DNA of 64,000 nt from a virus. Its lineage: Duplodnaviria; Caudoviricetes. The DNA is taken from positions 48,226-112,225 of IMG/VR virus record IMGVR_UViG_2974513674_000001. One strand, 5' to 3'. The notes under the pieces are model-generated. The model did no database searches. It had not been told where the DNA came from and was given only the letters and a program-made list of their open reading frames with translations. Positions 10,520 to 20,954 of this stretch are shown here, in pieces. The translations under genes and the position numbers were made by a program. Each line of letters opens with the position of its first letter. The stretch's first letter is position 1.

Positions 10520-11044
10520 ATGGATCTACTGACTGTTGGCTGCATTGCGACCGTTGTCGCAGTAGCAGCCGGCGTCACGGTTTATGTGAACCGTAAACGC
10601 CGCCGTGCAATCGCTGCAATGGAACGTCGTCGTGCTGAGCGCCGCGATCCACCCATAACCGAGCCGAATCGCTACTCCGGTCCTCCAAGTAGCCTGGTTC
10701 AAAAGGTCAATGGCAACAAAATTCACGACGCCGGTCCGAAAGACATCGCCCTGATGCCGGATCGTCGCCGAGCACCAACGCCGGATCGTCGTGTGACCCC
10801 GCGCCCAGCAGCAACCGGTGCAGGTCGTCGTGCAGATGACGAGGCAGAGCGCCGCCGTCGTGACAATGACCGCCGTGATGACAGCGACTACATCGCTCCG
10901 CAATGTTCCCCGTCTTATCACGACACCAGCTCCAGCCATCGTAGCAGCAGCTCCTGCGGTGGTTCTTCCTGGGGTGGTTCGTCGAGCAGTTCCGACAGCT
11001 CGTCGTCCTCCAGTTCTGATTCCGGTTCGTCTTCGTGCGACTGA
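10520..11044 (+). CDS. membrane-anchored protein with Arg-rich middle and Ser/Gly tail
   Basis: N-terminal hydrophobic helix followed by RKRRR; ends SSSSDSGSSSCD. Confidence 0.7.
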   Translation: MDLLTVGCIATVVAVAAGVTVYVNRKRRRAIAAMERRRAERRDPPITEPNRYSGPPSSLVQKVNGNKIHDAGPKDIALMPDRRRAPTPDRRVTPRPAATGAGRRADDEAERRRRDNDRRDDSDYIAPQCSPSYHDTSSSHRSSSSCGGSSWGGSSSSSDSSSSSSSDSGSSSCD

Positions 11045-11226
11045 AATCAGCCTCAGATGTACCTGTAGCACAGTGTCAAAAACAGCAGTAGAATGATCGA
11101 CATCAGAAGGGCAGCAGCTAAGGTGAAAGCCCAAGTGGTCCGCCCTTCTGATGAAAATCTCGACAGATAAACCTTCTCGACATATCGACAATTCGACAGA
11201 TCGACATAAAAACGGAGTAACACAAG

Positions 11227-12066
11227 ATGGGCATGTCCATTCAAGACCTGATCGCTGGCAAACAGAAAGACATGGCCGCGAAGAAATCGCGCCAAAACAC
11301 TCTGAAGCCGCTCCCAGGCACTCACACCTACCGTGTTCTGCCGTCCTGGCGTGGTGGTGACGAGAAGCAGTTCTGGCACGACTTTGCCATGCACTTCATC
11401 AAAACCCCTGACAGCGCTGGCAAACCTGCTGCGGTGTATGTCTGCACCGAGAAGACCTTCGGCAAGCCTTGCGAAGTCTGCGATGCAGCGAAGAAGCTGA
11501 TGGCTGTATCGACTTCGGACGATCAGACCAAGATGCTGAAAGAAGCTCTGTCCGCTCAGCGCTACCTGCTGAACGTGCTGCACCTGACTGGCACCGAGCC
11601 AGAAAAAGTGCAGATCATGGAAGTCGGCCAGGGTGTGTTTGAAGCAGTGTGCGGTCTGATCGGCGAGTACGGTGACATCACCGACCTCAACGAAGGCACC
11701 GACCTGAAGATCACTCGTACCGGTACTGGTCTCGACACCAAGTACACCGTCATGCCGGCGGCGAAGTCGAAGCCTGTTCCTGCGAAGATCGTTGCAAACC
11801 TGCCTAACCTCGACGAGTTCGTAGCTCAAGAGAACCCGGCCGGTGAAACGAAGGCTCTGACTTCGGTTGGTGCAATCGTCGGCATCCTGCCAAGCAACAG
11901 CGCTGCTCCTGCACGACGTGGTAGCCATCCAGCTTTGGCTGACCTGTCCGCGGACGCAGATGACGCAGAGTTTGAAACGGTCAGTCCGACTGCCAAAGCC
12001 TCTGCAACCCCCGCTGGCGATGACCTCGACGGCCTGGATGAACTCGACGATCTTCTCGAAGACTGA
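11227..12066 (+). CDS. single-stranded DNA-binding protein (T4 gp32-like)
   Basis: YRVLPSW, H...C...CxxC zinc site, GTGLDTKY, acidic C-terminal tail; replication context. Confidence 0.8.
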   Translation: MGMSIQDLIAGKQKDMAAKKSRQNTLKPLPGTHTYRVLPSWRGGDEKQFWHDFAMHFIKTPDSAGKPAAVYVCTEKTFGKPCEVCDAAKKLMAVSTSDDQTKMLKEALSAQRYLLNVLHLTGTEPEKVQIMEVGQGVFEAVCGLIGEYGDITDLNEGTDLKITRTGTGLDTKYTVMPAAKSKPVPAKIVANLPNLDEFVAQENPAGETKALTSVGAIVGILPSNSAAPARRGSHPALADLSADADDAEFETVSPTAKASATPAGDDLDGLDELDDLLED

Positions 12067-12085
12067 TCGAATCCATCCGGTTTAG

Positions 12086-12112
12086 AAAAGGGGCTGAAAA
12101 GCCCCTTCTCTC
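12086..12112 (+). terminator. intrinsic terminator
   Basis: AAGGGGCT-gaaa-AGCCCCTT hairpin after SSB gene. Confidence 0.65.
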
Positions 12113-12129
12113 CCTCTGAGGTATCCGCT

Positions 12130-13086
12130 ATGTCCAAAGAATACGATCTGATCCTCATCGACGGTAACAGCCTGGGTCACGCCGCGCACAACGCCCGCGT
12201 ACTCAAGCACCGCACCGGTGAGGTTCAAGCCATCTTCTTCGGTTTGAAGATGATGAAGAAGGCAGTTGAAACCTTCAGCAGCGCCAGCACCCGAGTGATC
12301 TGCCTCTGGGACGACAAAGCCCAATGGCGCTACGACATTCACCCGGAGTACAAAGGCAAGCGCGACAACACTCCCGAAAAAGCAGTCTCGCGCCGTGAGT
12401 ACAAGCGCCAGGTTCCAATCTTCCGCCAAGCGCTCTCGCTGATCGGTATGGAACAGCGCTTCGCAAAGGGCGACGAAGCTGACGACCTCGCTTCCGCACT
12501 CGTTCACAATCGCACCCCGAACCAGAAGATTATGCTGGTGTCCGGCGATCACGACTGGCTTCAGCTCGTCAGTGACGACGTTGACTGGTTCGATCCTCGC
12601 ACTGAGGGGCTGTTCGTGGACATGAGCAACTTCGAGGAAGTCACCGGCTACCCGAACGTGATCCAGTTCAGCCAGTCCAAAGCCCTGATCGGTGATGGCA
12701 GCGACAACATCAAAGGCGTCGAGGGTATCGGGGACAAAGCCGTCCCGCTGATCTTCAAAGAGTGGGGCAGCATCGCCAAGATGTTCGCTTGGGCAGATGC
12801 ACTGCCGAAGCAGGAAGTTCTGAAGTCGGACATCCCGGCTGAGCTGAGCTTCTGGCGCAAGAAGATCGAGACCTTCATGTTCGGTGGCGGTCGTGACATC
12901 TTCAAGCGCAACATGCGGCTGATGAACCTGCTCAGCAAGCGTCACCGCAGCACCGAAATCCTGGCCAACCAGGTCGTTCTGAAGTCCAAGTTTGACGAGA
13001 ACGGGTTCATTGATCTGTGCCACGAATACGCTTTCATGAGCATCGTGACCAACATGAACCAATGGCGTAAAACTTTCGCATCGTAA
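12130..13086 (+). CDS. 5'-3' exonuclease / flap nuclease (Pol I 5' nuclease, T4 RNase H family)
   Basis: LIDGNS, YKGKR, EADD, SGDHDWLQL, GDGSDNIKGVEGIG. Confidence 0.92.
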   Translation: MSKEYDLILIDGNSLGHAAHNARVLKHRTGEVQAIFFGLKMMKKAVETFSSASTRVICLWDDKAQWRYDIHPEYKGKRDNTPEKAVSRREYKRQVPIFRQALSLIGMEQRFAKGDEADDLASALVHNRTPNQKIMLVSGDHDWLQLVSDDVDWFDPRTEGLFVDMSNFEEVTGYPNVIQFSQSKALIGDGSDNIKGVEGIGDKAVPLIFKEWGSIAKMFAWADALPKQEVLKSDIPAELSFWRKKIETFMFGGGRDIFKRNMRLMNLLSKRHRSTEILANQVVLKSKFDENGFIDLCHEYAFMSIVTNMNQWRKTFAS

Positions 13087-13097
13087 GGATCAAACAA

Positions 13098-14216
13098 ATG
13101 GCAGCTTCCGCACTCGCAAAAGCGCTTCAAGGCGCAATCGGTAAGAACGCAACCCGTACTGGCATCAAGAACTGGATGACCACTGGTATCCCTGAGCTTG
13201 ACGCTGCACTGTCCGGTCTGTTCGAGAAGGGCGGTGTTCCGGGCGGCCGCATGATCGAGATTTTCGGCCCAGCGTCCTCTGGTAAAACCTTCCTGGCCAC
13301 TATGATCATGGTCGCAGCGCAGCAGATGGGCGGCATCGCCGGCTTCTCTGACCACGAACGCTCGTTCGAGCCTGGTCTTGCTGAGAGCCTGGGTCTGTGC
13401 ATCGACGAAGACACCGGCACCTGGGTCTACAAGAAGCCTGAGACCTTTGAAGAGTCGATCCAGACCGCAATGGCGTTCTGTGAATTCGTCCGCAAGAACA
13501 AGCTGATCCCTGAAGAAGCGCCGCTGGTTTGGGTGTTCGACTCCGTAGCGTCGATGGTGCCTTACGACAAGCTGTACGACGACAAGGGCAAGCGTCGGGT
13601 CGACCGCATCAACATGAAGGACAAGCTGGCTCTGGCAACTGCGACCTCGCAGAACTACCCGCAGCTCGCTCAGTTCGCCGAAGACTACAACATGACCGTG
13701 ATCCTGCTGAACCAGGTTCGCATGAAGCCGGGTGTCATGTACGGCGACCCGACCACTACCCCAGGTGGCCAGGCAGCCGAGTTCTACGCTTCGATCCGCA
13801 TCAGCCTGGGTCGCAAGATGATCACCAACGGCAAGGCCGGCGACGACAAAGAGACGCTGGGTCAGGAAATCACTGCCAACGTGATCAAGAACAAGGTCAC
13901 TCGACCGTTCCAGAAAGCGAAGTGGCGCGTCATGTACAACATGACCGGCAAAGGCGCAACTGTTGACGTCGTCGGCTCGACCATTGATTATCTGGTTCGC
14001 AAGTCGCTGCTCCCACGCGACGGCAACTACCTTGTCTGGGAAGGCAAGAAGTTGTACCAGTCGGCGCTTGAGAAGAAGCTGGCCGATGATCCAGATGCAA
14101 TGAAGAAACTCCGTGCCTTCCTGCCTGACAGCGTGGAATCACTGAGCAAAGAGGACGCCCCGTCCGAAACCCTGCCGACCGAAGGCGGCGAAACTGAAGT
14201 AGGTGAAGCAGAATGA
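13098..14216 (+). CDS. recA: RecA/UvsX recombinase
   Basis: Walker A GPASSGKT, FDSVA, NQVR, TPGG, KNK motifs. Confidence 0.92.
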   Translation: MAASALAKALQGAIGKNATRTGIKNWMTTGIPELDAALSGLFEKGGVPGGRMIEIFGPASSGKTFLATMIMVAAQQMGGIAGFSDHERSFEPGLAESLGLCIDEDTGTWVYKKPETFEESIQTAMAFCEFVRKNKLIPEEAPLVWVFDSVASMVPYDKLYDDKGKRRVDRINMKDKLALATATSQNYPQLAQFAEDYNMTVILLNQVRMKPGVMYGDPTTTPGGQAAEFYASIRISLGRKMITNGKAGDDKETLGQEITANVIKNKVTRPFQKAKWRVMYNMTGKGATVDVVGSTIDYLVRKSLLPRDGNYLVWEGKKLYQSALEKKLADDPDAMKKLRAFLPDSVESLSKEDAPSETLPTEGGETEVGEAE

Positions 14217-14596
14217 AAGAGTTCCTGAAAAGCAAGTGGCAGATCATCGAGGCGCTGTTCAAGAAGCACGTCGCCCCGCGCATCGAGAAGGCAGGCCCAG
14301 TCGTATCGTTCCTGCTGGTCGCCCTGACCGTCGTTGTTGGTCTCGCCATCGCAGTAGCGTTCGTCGCCGGTGTGATCACTGTGACCATCCTGGCGCCGGG
14401 CATGATCGTCGGGTTCTTCGCATGGACCTACCTGGAACTTGGTGCGACCTACTTCCCGACGCTGTCGCCGGTCTACTTGACCATCCCGTACTGGCACTTC
14501 GCGTGGGGCTTCGCAGCACTGATCCTGATCTGGCGCTGCTTTCGCAAGGGTGTCTACGGTAAGAGCGCGACGGCCGGCGTGAAGACGACCAAGTAA
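14213..14596 (+). CDS. membrane protein
   Basis: ATGA coupling; several hydrophobic segments. Confidence 0.7.
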   Translation: MKEFLKSKWQIIEALFKKHVAPRIEKAGPVVSFLLVALTVVVGLAIAVAFVAGVITVTILAPGMIVGFFAWTYLELGATYFPTLSPVYLTIPYWHFAWGFAALILIWRCFRKGVYGKSATAGVKTTK

Positions 14597-14613
14597 GTCG
14601 AGCAGCAAACAAG

Positions 14614-14640
14614 AGGACAGCTTAGGCTGTCCTTTTTTAT
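14614..14640 (+). terminator. intrinsic terminator
   Basis: AGGACAGC-ttag-GCTGTCCT followed by T-run. Confidence 0.75.
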
Positions 14641-14651
14641 TGGAGGCGAAA

Positions 14652-15128
14652 ATGATCGACGCAAACCTGCGAACGCTAAAGGTTCACGAAGAGCACGGCT
14701 ACACGATGAAGAACGGCATGTGCAGCCGGTGTGGCTACAACGAGCTGTGCCGCTCTCAGAGCGACGAAGTCAGCGCGTGCAAGGCGTATGAGCCCGTACT
14801 GGCGTTTCAATCTCTGGCGGGCTGTGAGCTGTCTTTCAACACGGTTCGGCTGGGCAGCGCATGGAGCAAACGTGTGAAACCCGGATCGACCGTTGCACTG
14901 GTCAACAAAGCAGGTGAGAAACTGGCATCAGCCATTGTCGAAGCAGTGCGAGTGGGTCCGCGGATCGAAATGATCGCAGAGCACGCCGCAGCCAATCACC
15001 TGATGGTCGCTCGCAAGGCTCAGCAGCCGAACGCAGAGTTGACCAGGGTATTGCGCAATCTCTACGGCCCCAACTATCTAGCGCGGGCAGAAACGATGAC
15101 TGTGATCTACCTGCGAATAAACGAGTAA
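14652..15128 (+). CDS. hypothetical protein (Cys-rich N-terminus; possible PUA/ASCH-like fold)
   Basis: GGAGG RBS; CxxC...C...C; FNTVRLG motif. Confidence 0.6.
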   Translation: MIDANLRTLKVHEEHGYTMKNGMCSRCGYNELCRSQSDEVSACKAYEPVLAFQSLAGCELSFNTVRLGSAWSKRVKPGSTVALVNKAGEKLASAIVEAVRVGPRIEMIAEHAAANHLMVARKAQQPNAELTRVLRNLYGPNYLARAETMTVIYLRINE

Positions 15129-15203
15129 TGCCACTGGGGATAACATTTCAACCCCAGTCTTTAGCGCTCATAATCAACGCTCAATCAAACAGCGAGTAGC
15201 CCA

Positions 15204-16292
15204 ATGAAACCATATGGAGTTATCTCTGATGTCCACTGTCATTCGTGGTCTCAGTTCAGCCGCCCTCTGCCAAGCGGTGTCAACAGCCGACTGCAAGACA
15301 TCCTCGACGCCTTTGAAATGGCAGCGAAGCACGTCCTGAACTCTGACGGCGACACCCTGTTCATCACCGGCGATCTGTTCCATGTTCGCGGTTCTGTCAG
15401 CCCGAAGGTTCTGAACCCGGTCAAAGACGCCTTCGCCAAGCAGACGAAGAAGGGCCTGAAGATCGTTGTCCTCACCGGCAACCACGACCTCGAAAGCCGT
15501 GACAGCGAAGCCCTGAGCAACGCCTGTGAAGCTCTGAGCCCAATCGAAGGCGTGACCATCGTCAGCAAGCCTCGCATCTTCCACGATGACTTCGTGGTGA
15601 TGATCCCCTGGTACGACAGCCTGGACACCGTGCGCAAGCACATCGCCGACTGCATCGAAGAAATCGAAGACCTGGGTGACGAAGCAGCCAACTACACGCT
15701 GATGCTGCACGTACCTGTGAACGGCGTTCTGTTCGGCATCCCTGATCACGGCTTCTACGCCAAAGAGCTTGAGAAGTTCGGCTTCCAGCGCGTGTTCTCG
15801 GGTCACTTCCACAACCACAAGAAGTTCGAGGGTGAGGTCTACAGCGTAGGCGCCCTGACGCATCAGACCTGGGGCGACGTGAAGAGCCTGGCTGGCCACA
15901 TCATCGTGGACGACACCGGCGTGCGTCACTTCAAGAACAACAGCCCGGAGTTCAAGGACTTCGATCTGGCCTGGGACGATGACACCGCTGCCGACGAGTG
16001 CAAAGGCTCGTTCGTTCGTGTTCGCCTGGGTGAAGCTGACAGCGACGAAATTGAAATGATCCGGGACCACATCCTGGGCCTGGGCGCACTCGGCTGCAAC
16101 GTCGATGCGATCCCTGTTCCGAAGGGCACTGCAACTGCCCGCCCAGCGCCGGGTACTGCTGCGCCGGCCGCTCCAACTGTTCGCCAGTCCATCGTTGATT
16201 GGATTCGTGCGAACTCTGCCGCCAGCACTTCGACCGACGTCGAGAAGCTGTGCATGGACATCATGACCGAAGTGGAGAGCATCACCGTATGA
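15204..16292 (+). CDS. sbcD: SbcD/Mre11-like metallophosphoesterase nuclease
   Basis: SDVH, GDLFH, GNHD, GHFH motifs. Confidence 0.9.
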   Translation: MKPYGVISDVHCHSWSQFSRPLPSGVNSRLQDILDAFEMAAKHVLNSDGDTLFITGDLFHVRGSVSPKVLNPVKDAFAKQTKKGLKIVVLTGNHDLESRDSEALSNACEALSPIEGVTIVSKPRIFHDDFVVMIPWYDSLDTVRKHIADCIEEIEDLGDEAANYTLMLHVPVNGVLFGIPDHGFYAKELEKFGFQRVFSGHFHNHKKFEGEVYSVGALTHQTWGDVKSLAGHIIVDDTGVRHFKNNSPEFKDFDLAWDDDTAADECKGSFVRVRLGEADSDEIEMIRDHILGLGALGCNVDAIPVPKGTATARPAPGTAAPAAPTVRQSIVDWIRANSAASTSTDVEKLCMDIMTEVESITV

Positions 16293-18226
16293 AAATCCTG
16301 AAGGCGATCATCGACAACTTCGCCGCCATTGGGCACATCGAGGTCGAGCTGAATGACAAGGGCTTGGTGCTGATCCAGGGCGACAACAAGGACGACACTT
16401 CCCAGGACTCGAACGGTTCGGGCAAGTCGACCCTGCCGGATGCGCTGTGCTGGGCCTTCTACGGCGAGACTGCCAAAGGTCAGTCCGGTGACAAGCTGGT
16501 CAACCGCACCGCCAAGAAAGACTGCGCCGTTGAAGTGCATGTGGTCGACGAAGACACCGACGACGTGTTCCGCATCAGTCGTCACCGCAAGCACAAGACC
16601 TACAAGAACATGCTGCGCCTGGAAGTGCTTCAGGGCTCGAACTGGAAAGACCTCACCGGCGGCACCGACAAGCTGACCCAGGCGCTGGTCGAGAAGGTGA
16701 TCGGCTGCAACTACGAAGTCTTCAAGTCCGCGATCTACGCTGGCCAAGAAGCCATGCCCGATCTGCCAGGCATGACCGACAAGCAACTGAAGGTGCTGAT
16801 CGAAGAGAGCGCCGGCATTGCACAGCTTCAAGCAGCCTCTGACATCGCGAACCGCCACGTCAAAGACCGCAAGCTGATCGTTCAGGATCACCAGGGCAAG
16901 ATCGACAAGCTCCAGTCCAACATCGAATTGCTGGACAGCAACATCGTGACCCTCAAAAGCCGTTCGGAAGCCTGGGAAATCACTCAAGAAGCCAATATTG
17001 GCATCGCTGAAGACAACGTGACCACGCTCGAAGCCTCGTTCGACGACGCCCTGGGCGACCGCATCACGAAGAAGAAGACCCAGCTCGCTGACAAGTCCTC
17101 TGAAATTCGCACGCAGATCGCCGGCAGTGATGCTGAGCGTCTGCAAGAGCGTGTGCTGGCTGATGCGAAGGCGAAGGCTGACGCAGGCGAGTCGAACGCT
17201 GCCCACGCTTATGACACGGCCAAGAACCGCGTCAGCCACGCAGAGCACGCCTTGTCGCACGCCGGTGAGTCCGGTCACTGTGACACCTGCGGTCACGAAC
17301 TCGACGCCAGCAACGTCGAGACGGCTAAAGCCAACGCTCAAGCAACGCTCGACAGCGAGAAATCAGCGCTTGCAGCAGCGAAGAAGGCACTGTCTGTAGC
17401 GCACGACAGCGCTGATACAGCGACGAAAGCGCTAGCAGAGCATCGCGACAACATGACAGACGTTAGCGCGCTCACAAGCGAGCTACAGACGATCAGCGAG
17501 AACAGCGCGAAGCTGGACGCTGCGCTGACCGCCTGGAATCGTCAGAAGACTGGTCTTGAAGCGGCGAAGGCCAACGTCCAGGCTGAGCGCGACAAGAAGA
17601 ACCCCTACGGTCAACAGATCACCGACGCCGAAGCGCAGATCGACACGATCAACGCCAAGATCGAGGAAGTCGAAGAGCGCCGGGTCGAAGCAGCCAAAGA
17701 GCTGTTCATCGCCGAAGAAGCGGCGCGAGTGTACAACCAGGCCGGCGTGCGAGCGCACATCCTGGACACCGTGACGCCGCACCTGAACGCCCGCACGTCG
17801 CACTACCTGTCCACGCTGACTGACGGCAACGTCTCCGCTATCTGGTCGACCGTCAGCAAGACTGCCAAAGGCGAGCTGCGCGAGAAGTTCGTGATCGACG
17901 TGGAGTCCAAGACGGGCGGCGAGTCCTTCAAAGACCTGTCGGGCGGTGAGAAGCGCAAGGTTCGCCTGGCGTGTGCAATGGCTCTGCAAGACCTGGTTGC
18001 AAGCCGGGCCAACAAGCCGATCAAGCTGTTCATCGCGGACGAAATCGACACCGCACTCGACGCAGCCGGCCTGGAACGCCTGATGGCAATCCTCGATGCG
18101 AAGTCGCGAGACAAGGGCACCGTTCTGGTAGTCTCCCACTCCGACCTCCGCGACTTCATCCGTAACAGCGTGACGGTCGTCAAGCAGGGCGGCAAAGCTA
18201 CCCTGGAAGCCAACACTATCCTGTGA
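16289..18226 (+). CDS. sbcC: SbcC/Rad50-like ATPase
   Basis: Walker A NGSGKS, coiled coil with CDTC zinc hook, LSGGE signature, IADE Walker B; start at ATG overlapping the sbcD stop. Confidence 0.92.
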   Translation: MKILKAIIDNFAAIGHIEVELNDKGLVLIQGDNKDDTSQDSNGSGKSTLPDALCWAFYGETAKGQSGDKLVNRTAKKDCAVEVHVVDEDTDDVFRISRHRKHKTYKNMLRLEVLQGSNWKDLTGGTDKLTQALVEKVIGCNYEVFKSAIYAGQEAMPDLPGMTDKQLKVLIEESAGIAQLQAASDIANRHVKDRKLIVQDHQGKIDKLQSNIELLDSNIVTLKSRSEAWEITQEANIGIAEDNVTTLEASFDDALGDRITKKKTQLADKSSEIRTQIAGSDAERLQERVLADAKAKADAGESNAAHAYDTAKNRVSHAEHALSHAGESGHCDTCGHELDASNVETAKANAQATLDSEKSALAAAKKALSVAHDSADTATKALAEHRDNMTDVSALTSELQTISENSAKLDAALTAWNRQKTGLEAAKANVQAERDKKNPYGQQITDAEAQIDTINAKIEEVEERRVEAAKELFIAEEAARVYNQAGVRAHILDTVTPHLNARTSHYLSTLTDGNVSAIWSTVSKTAKGELREKFVIDVESKTGGESFKDLSGGEKRKVRLACAMALQDLVASRANKPIKLFIADEIDTALDAAGLERLMAILDAKSRDKGTVLVVSHSDLRDFIRNSVTVVKQGGKATLEANTIL

Positions 18227-18233
18227 GGGAAAC

Positions 18234-18929
18234 ATGCCTCTAGTTAAGAACCTGGAGGTGGACCCGGACCTCTGCGGCGAGACTTTTCGTCGCAGAGAGT
18301 GGGCACTTCAGAAAGATTACATCCGCAGAATGGAGCTTGGAAAAGAAGTCTCCATTCGCGCAGTGACAATCAAGGGCGCGATGATCATCAAGGCTCTTCG
18401 TGAGGTCAGCGAAGACGAGGTGAACATCAACGATTCAGTCCTCGAAGTCTACGCAGACGCAGAAGACTGGCTCTGCCGCAAGATGAACACCCTGTTTCAA
18501 ACTGTGCGCCACCTGGGTATGAACCCGGTGAGCATGAAGAAGCAGATCGCAGCCATGTATGAGAACGGCAGCAACGTCGATCCACTGATTGCAAACGGCT
18601 GTGATCTTGTCTGGGTGCCGATGTGCGCCCACGTTGTTGGTGACGAGCGTGTGTATCTGTTCCGAGTAGCGGGCAAGAACGTCAAGAAGATCGACAAGAC
18701 CAACTCCGGCGTAATTGGCTACACCCGCGAGTACCTCAACACTGTGACCCCTGAAGTCGCAGCGTACATCGCCAAGTTGGAAAGCAAGGCAATGGACGAC
18801 GAAGAGGTTCGCAACGCCTTCACCCGGCTCGGGTCTGTTCTGCGACCCAAAGCCTACAAAGATGAAATGCTGGCTGAGCGAGCCAAGCAATACGAAAACA
18901 GCAAGACCGACTTTGGAGGTTGGGCATGA
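18234..18929 (+). CDS. hypothetical protein, C-terminal tag DFGGWA
   Basis: GAGG RBS; operon position. Confidence 0.75.
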   Translation: MPLVKNLEVDPDLCGETFRRREWALQKDYIRRMELGKEVSIRAVTIKGAMIIKALREVSEDEVNINDSVLEVYADAEDWLCRKMNTLFQTVRHLGMNPVSMKKQIAAMYENGSNVDPLIANGCDLVWVPMCAHVVGDERVYLFRVAGKNVKKIDKTNSGVIGYTREYLNTVTPEVAAYIAKLESKAMDDEEVRNAFTRLGSVLRPKAYKDEMLAERAKQYENSKTDFGGWA

Positions 18930-19804
18930 TGCGTCAGTTTCTCAACCAGTGGCGAGGCGAGTCCTCGTCGGTCAACACCTTCGTCGCATCCATGCAGAGC
19001 GAACGCTACGCTGATGGCGACGACCATACCCTACTGCCGGCACTCGAACTGTTTCACACCAGCCCGCGTGCCGTCGCTGAGTACCTGTTCACCTACATTG
19101 CAACCGCCCCGCGTGAGCTGACAGACCTGGCCAGCCAGGTTCTCGACGCCAGCAAAGGCGTCGTGCTGACTGAGGAAGAGCAGATCGACCTGAAGGCCCT
19201 GGCTATCTCCTGCAAGGAGCTGGGCGAGCAGATGGATCGCTTCACCAAGAACATGGCATCGGACAAAGCGTGGAGCGCAATCTACAACGCACCGATCAGT
19301 GTGACCCGGGTGTGGCGCACGAAGCGCGGCGAAGAGGTGGTGGGCACCCCTGAAGTGCGCAACGTGCCAATCGACCAGGTTCCCAATCGCTTGTCGAGCC
19401 TGGTACTGGTCGAGGAAGAGTCGAGCAAGGGTGTCACACGTCGCCCAATGCTCAGTGTGTCCGACGGTCGCTATCAGTTGGACGGGTCAATCGGTGAGGT
19501 GCGTGCCGATTTCCTGATCGACATCCCGGCGATGTTTGCACACGGAGCTGATGTCTCCCCACGCGGCCGCATGGGTCGCGGGTGTGGTCAAAAAGGCACC
19601 GAGAGGCTGTTCACCCGCACGATGACAGCAGCGCTCCCACTGTTAGAGGCAACTCTCGCAGTGGCTGAGCCGCTCGTTCGTCGGGGCGTGCTTGAGAGTG
19701 ACCTGTACCAGTTCGACGAAGTGATCGACTACACGCCGGGAGCGAACCCTCTGAAAGCAGAGGACAATCCCAACGCCAAATATGACATTGGAGGATGGGC
19801 ATGA
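18926..19804 (+). CDS. hypothetical protein, C-terminal tag DIGGWA
   Basis: ATGA coupling with GGAGG RBS. Confidence 0.75.
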   Translation: MMRQFLNQWRGESSSVNTFVASMQSERYADGDDHTLLPALELFHTSPRAVAEYLFTYIATAPRELTDLASQVLDASKGVVLTEEEQIDLKALAISCKELGEQMDRFTKNMASDKAWSAIYNAPISVTRVWRTKRGEEVVGTPEVRNVPIDQVPNRLSSLVLVEEESSKGVTRRPMLSVSDGRYQLDGSIGEVRADFLIDIPAMFAHGADVSPRGRMGRGCGQKGTERLFTRTMTAALPLLEATLAVAEPLVRRGVLESDLYQFDEVIDYTPGANPLKAEDNPNAKYDIGGWA

Positions 19805-20331
19805 AAGAAGAATGGCGATTCATCCCTGGCCACTCAAGCTACGAGGTCTCGAACATGGGCCGAGTCCGTTCTCATAAACGGCTCGACAGCCGCGGACAGC
19901 CAAAGCTACTCTCCCTGTCGATGACGGTTGAGAAGCCTACCAAGCCTCGATACTGGAAGGTGGGCCTGAAGCCTGACGTGGGGCAGCGCAGGACGATGGA
20001 AGTACATCGCCTTGTTCTGATCACCTTCGTCGGCCCGCCACCCACGATCAAGCACCAGGGCGCGCACAACGACGGCAACGGCCTCAACAACTGGCTGCCG
20101 AACCTGAAGTGGGCAACGCAAGCAGAGAACGAAGCCGACAAAATCCTGCATGGCACGGTCGCCCAGGGCGCGTCACACGGCAAAGCGGTGCTGACGGAAG
20201 CCCAAGTGCGCCGGATCAAGAAGGTGAAGAAATGGAAGCACGGCATGGTCCGGGCTTTCGCAATCGAGTTCGGGGTCCAAGACTCCGCAATCTCCAAGAT
20301 CAAACTTGGCCAAAGGTGGAATTCACTATGA
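19801..20331 (+). CDS. NUMOD4-HNH homing endonuclease
   Basis: EEWRFIPG..YEVSNMGRVRS (NUMOD4), VHRLV, HNDGNGLNN..NLKW, C-terminal HTH. Confidence 0.88.
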   Translation: MKEEWRFIPGHSSYEVSNMGRVRSHKRLDSRGQPKLLSLSMTVEKPTKPRYWKVGLKPDVGQRRTMEVHRLVLITFVGPPPTIKHQGAHNDGNGLNNWLPNLKWATQAENEADKILHGTVAQGASHGKAVLTEAQVRRIKKVKKWKHGMVRAFAIEFGVQDSAISKIKLGQRWNSL

Positions 20332-20894
20332 GCAAAATCAGAATCATCGGGGTTGACCCGAGCATGAGCAACCTGGGTATCGCGAAGGGTTGGCTTGATC
20401 TTCAGACGCTCAAGTGGGTAGTGGAAGAAGTCGAGCTGACCAAGACCGAGAAGGGCAAGTCCAAGACTGTCCGCAAGTCGAGCGACGACTACGACCGCGC
20501 CCGGTTGCTGTACGAGGCTCTGAGCGAGTCTGAGAAGGGCGCCGAGATTGCGTTCGTCGAAATGCCAATCGGCTCTCAGAGCGCGGCGGCAATGAAGTCC
20601 TACGGCATGTGCATCCAACTGATCGCATCGCTCGACATCCCGGTGATCCAGGTCAGCCCGAACCAGGTCAAGATTCACGCGACCGGCGACCGCATGGCCA
20701 CGAAGGAAGAAATGATCGCGTGGGCATTCAAGAAGTTCCCAGACATCAACTGGTTGCAGCGCGGCGGCAAGCTGACCCTGAACAACGAGCACTTGGCTGA
20801 CGCCATCGGTGCGATCAACGCGGGTGTGGAAGAAGACGACTTCAAGGCTCTGATCGCCATGCTTCGCAAAATGACAGCTAGCTTTACCAAGTAG
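20328..20894 (+). CDS. RuvC-like Holliday junction resolvase
   Basis: IIGVDPS, FVE, ATKEEM, EHLADA acidic motifs. Confidence 0.82.
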   Translation: MSKIRIIGVDPSMSNLGIAKGWLDLQTLKWVVEEVELTKTEKGKSKTVRKSSDDYDRARLLYEALSESEKGAEIAFVEMPIGSQSAAAMKSYGMCIQLIASLDIPVIQVSPNQVKIHATGDRMATKEEMIAWAFKKFPDINWLQRGGKLTLNNEHLADAIGAINAGVEEDDFKALIAMLRKMTASFTK

Positions 20895-20954
20895 CTGCCG
20901 GGTACACTTTCGACCCCTCGATATACAATGGGTTGCGTAGAGCAGCCCATCTAA

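Noticed and set aside
18913-18929. C-terminal GGWA tag as a by-product of Shine-Dalgarno plus ATGA overlap
   Set aside because: This explains some copies, but not those without a downstream overlap (38487, 50856, 59962) or the shared RPxxF extension; kept only as a partial explanation.
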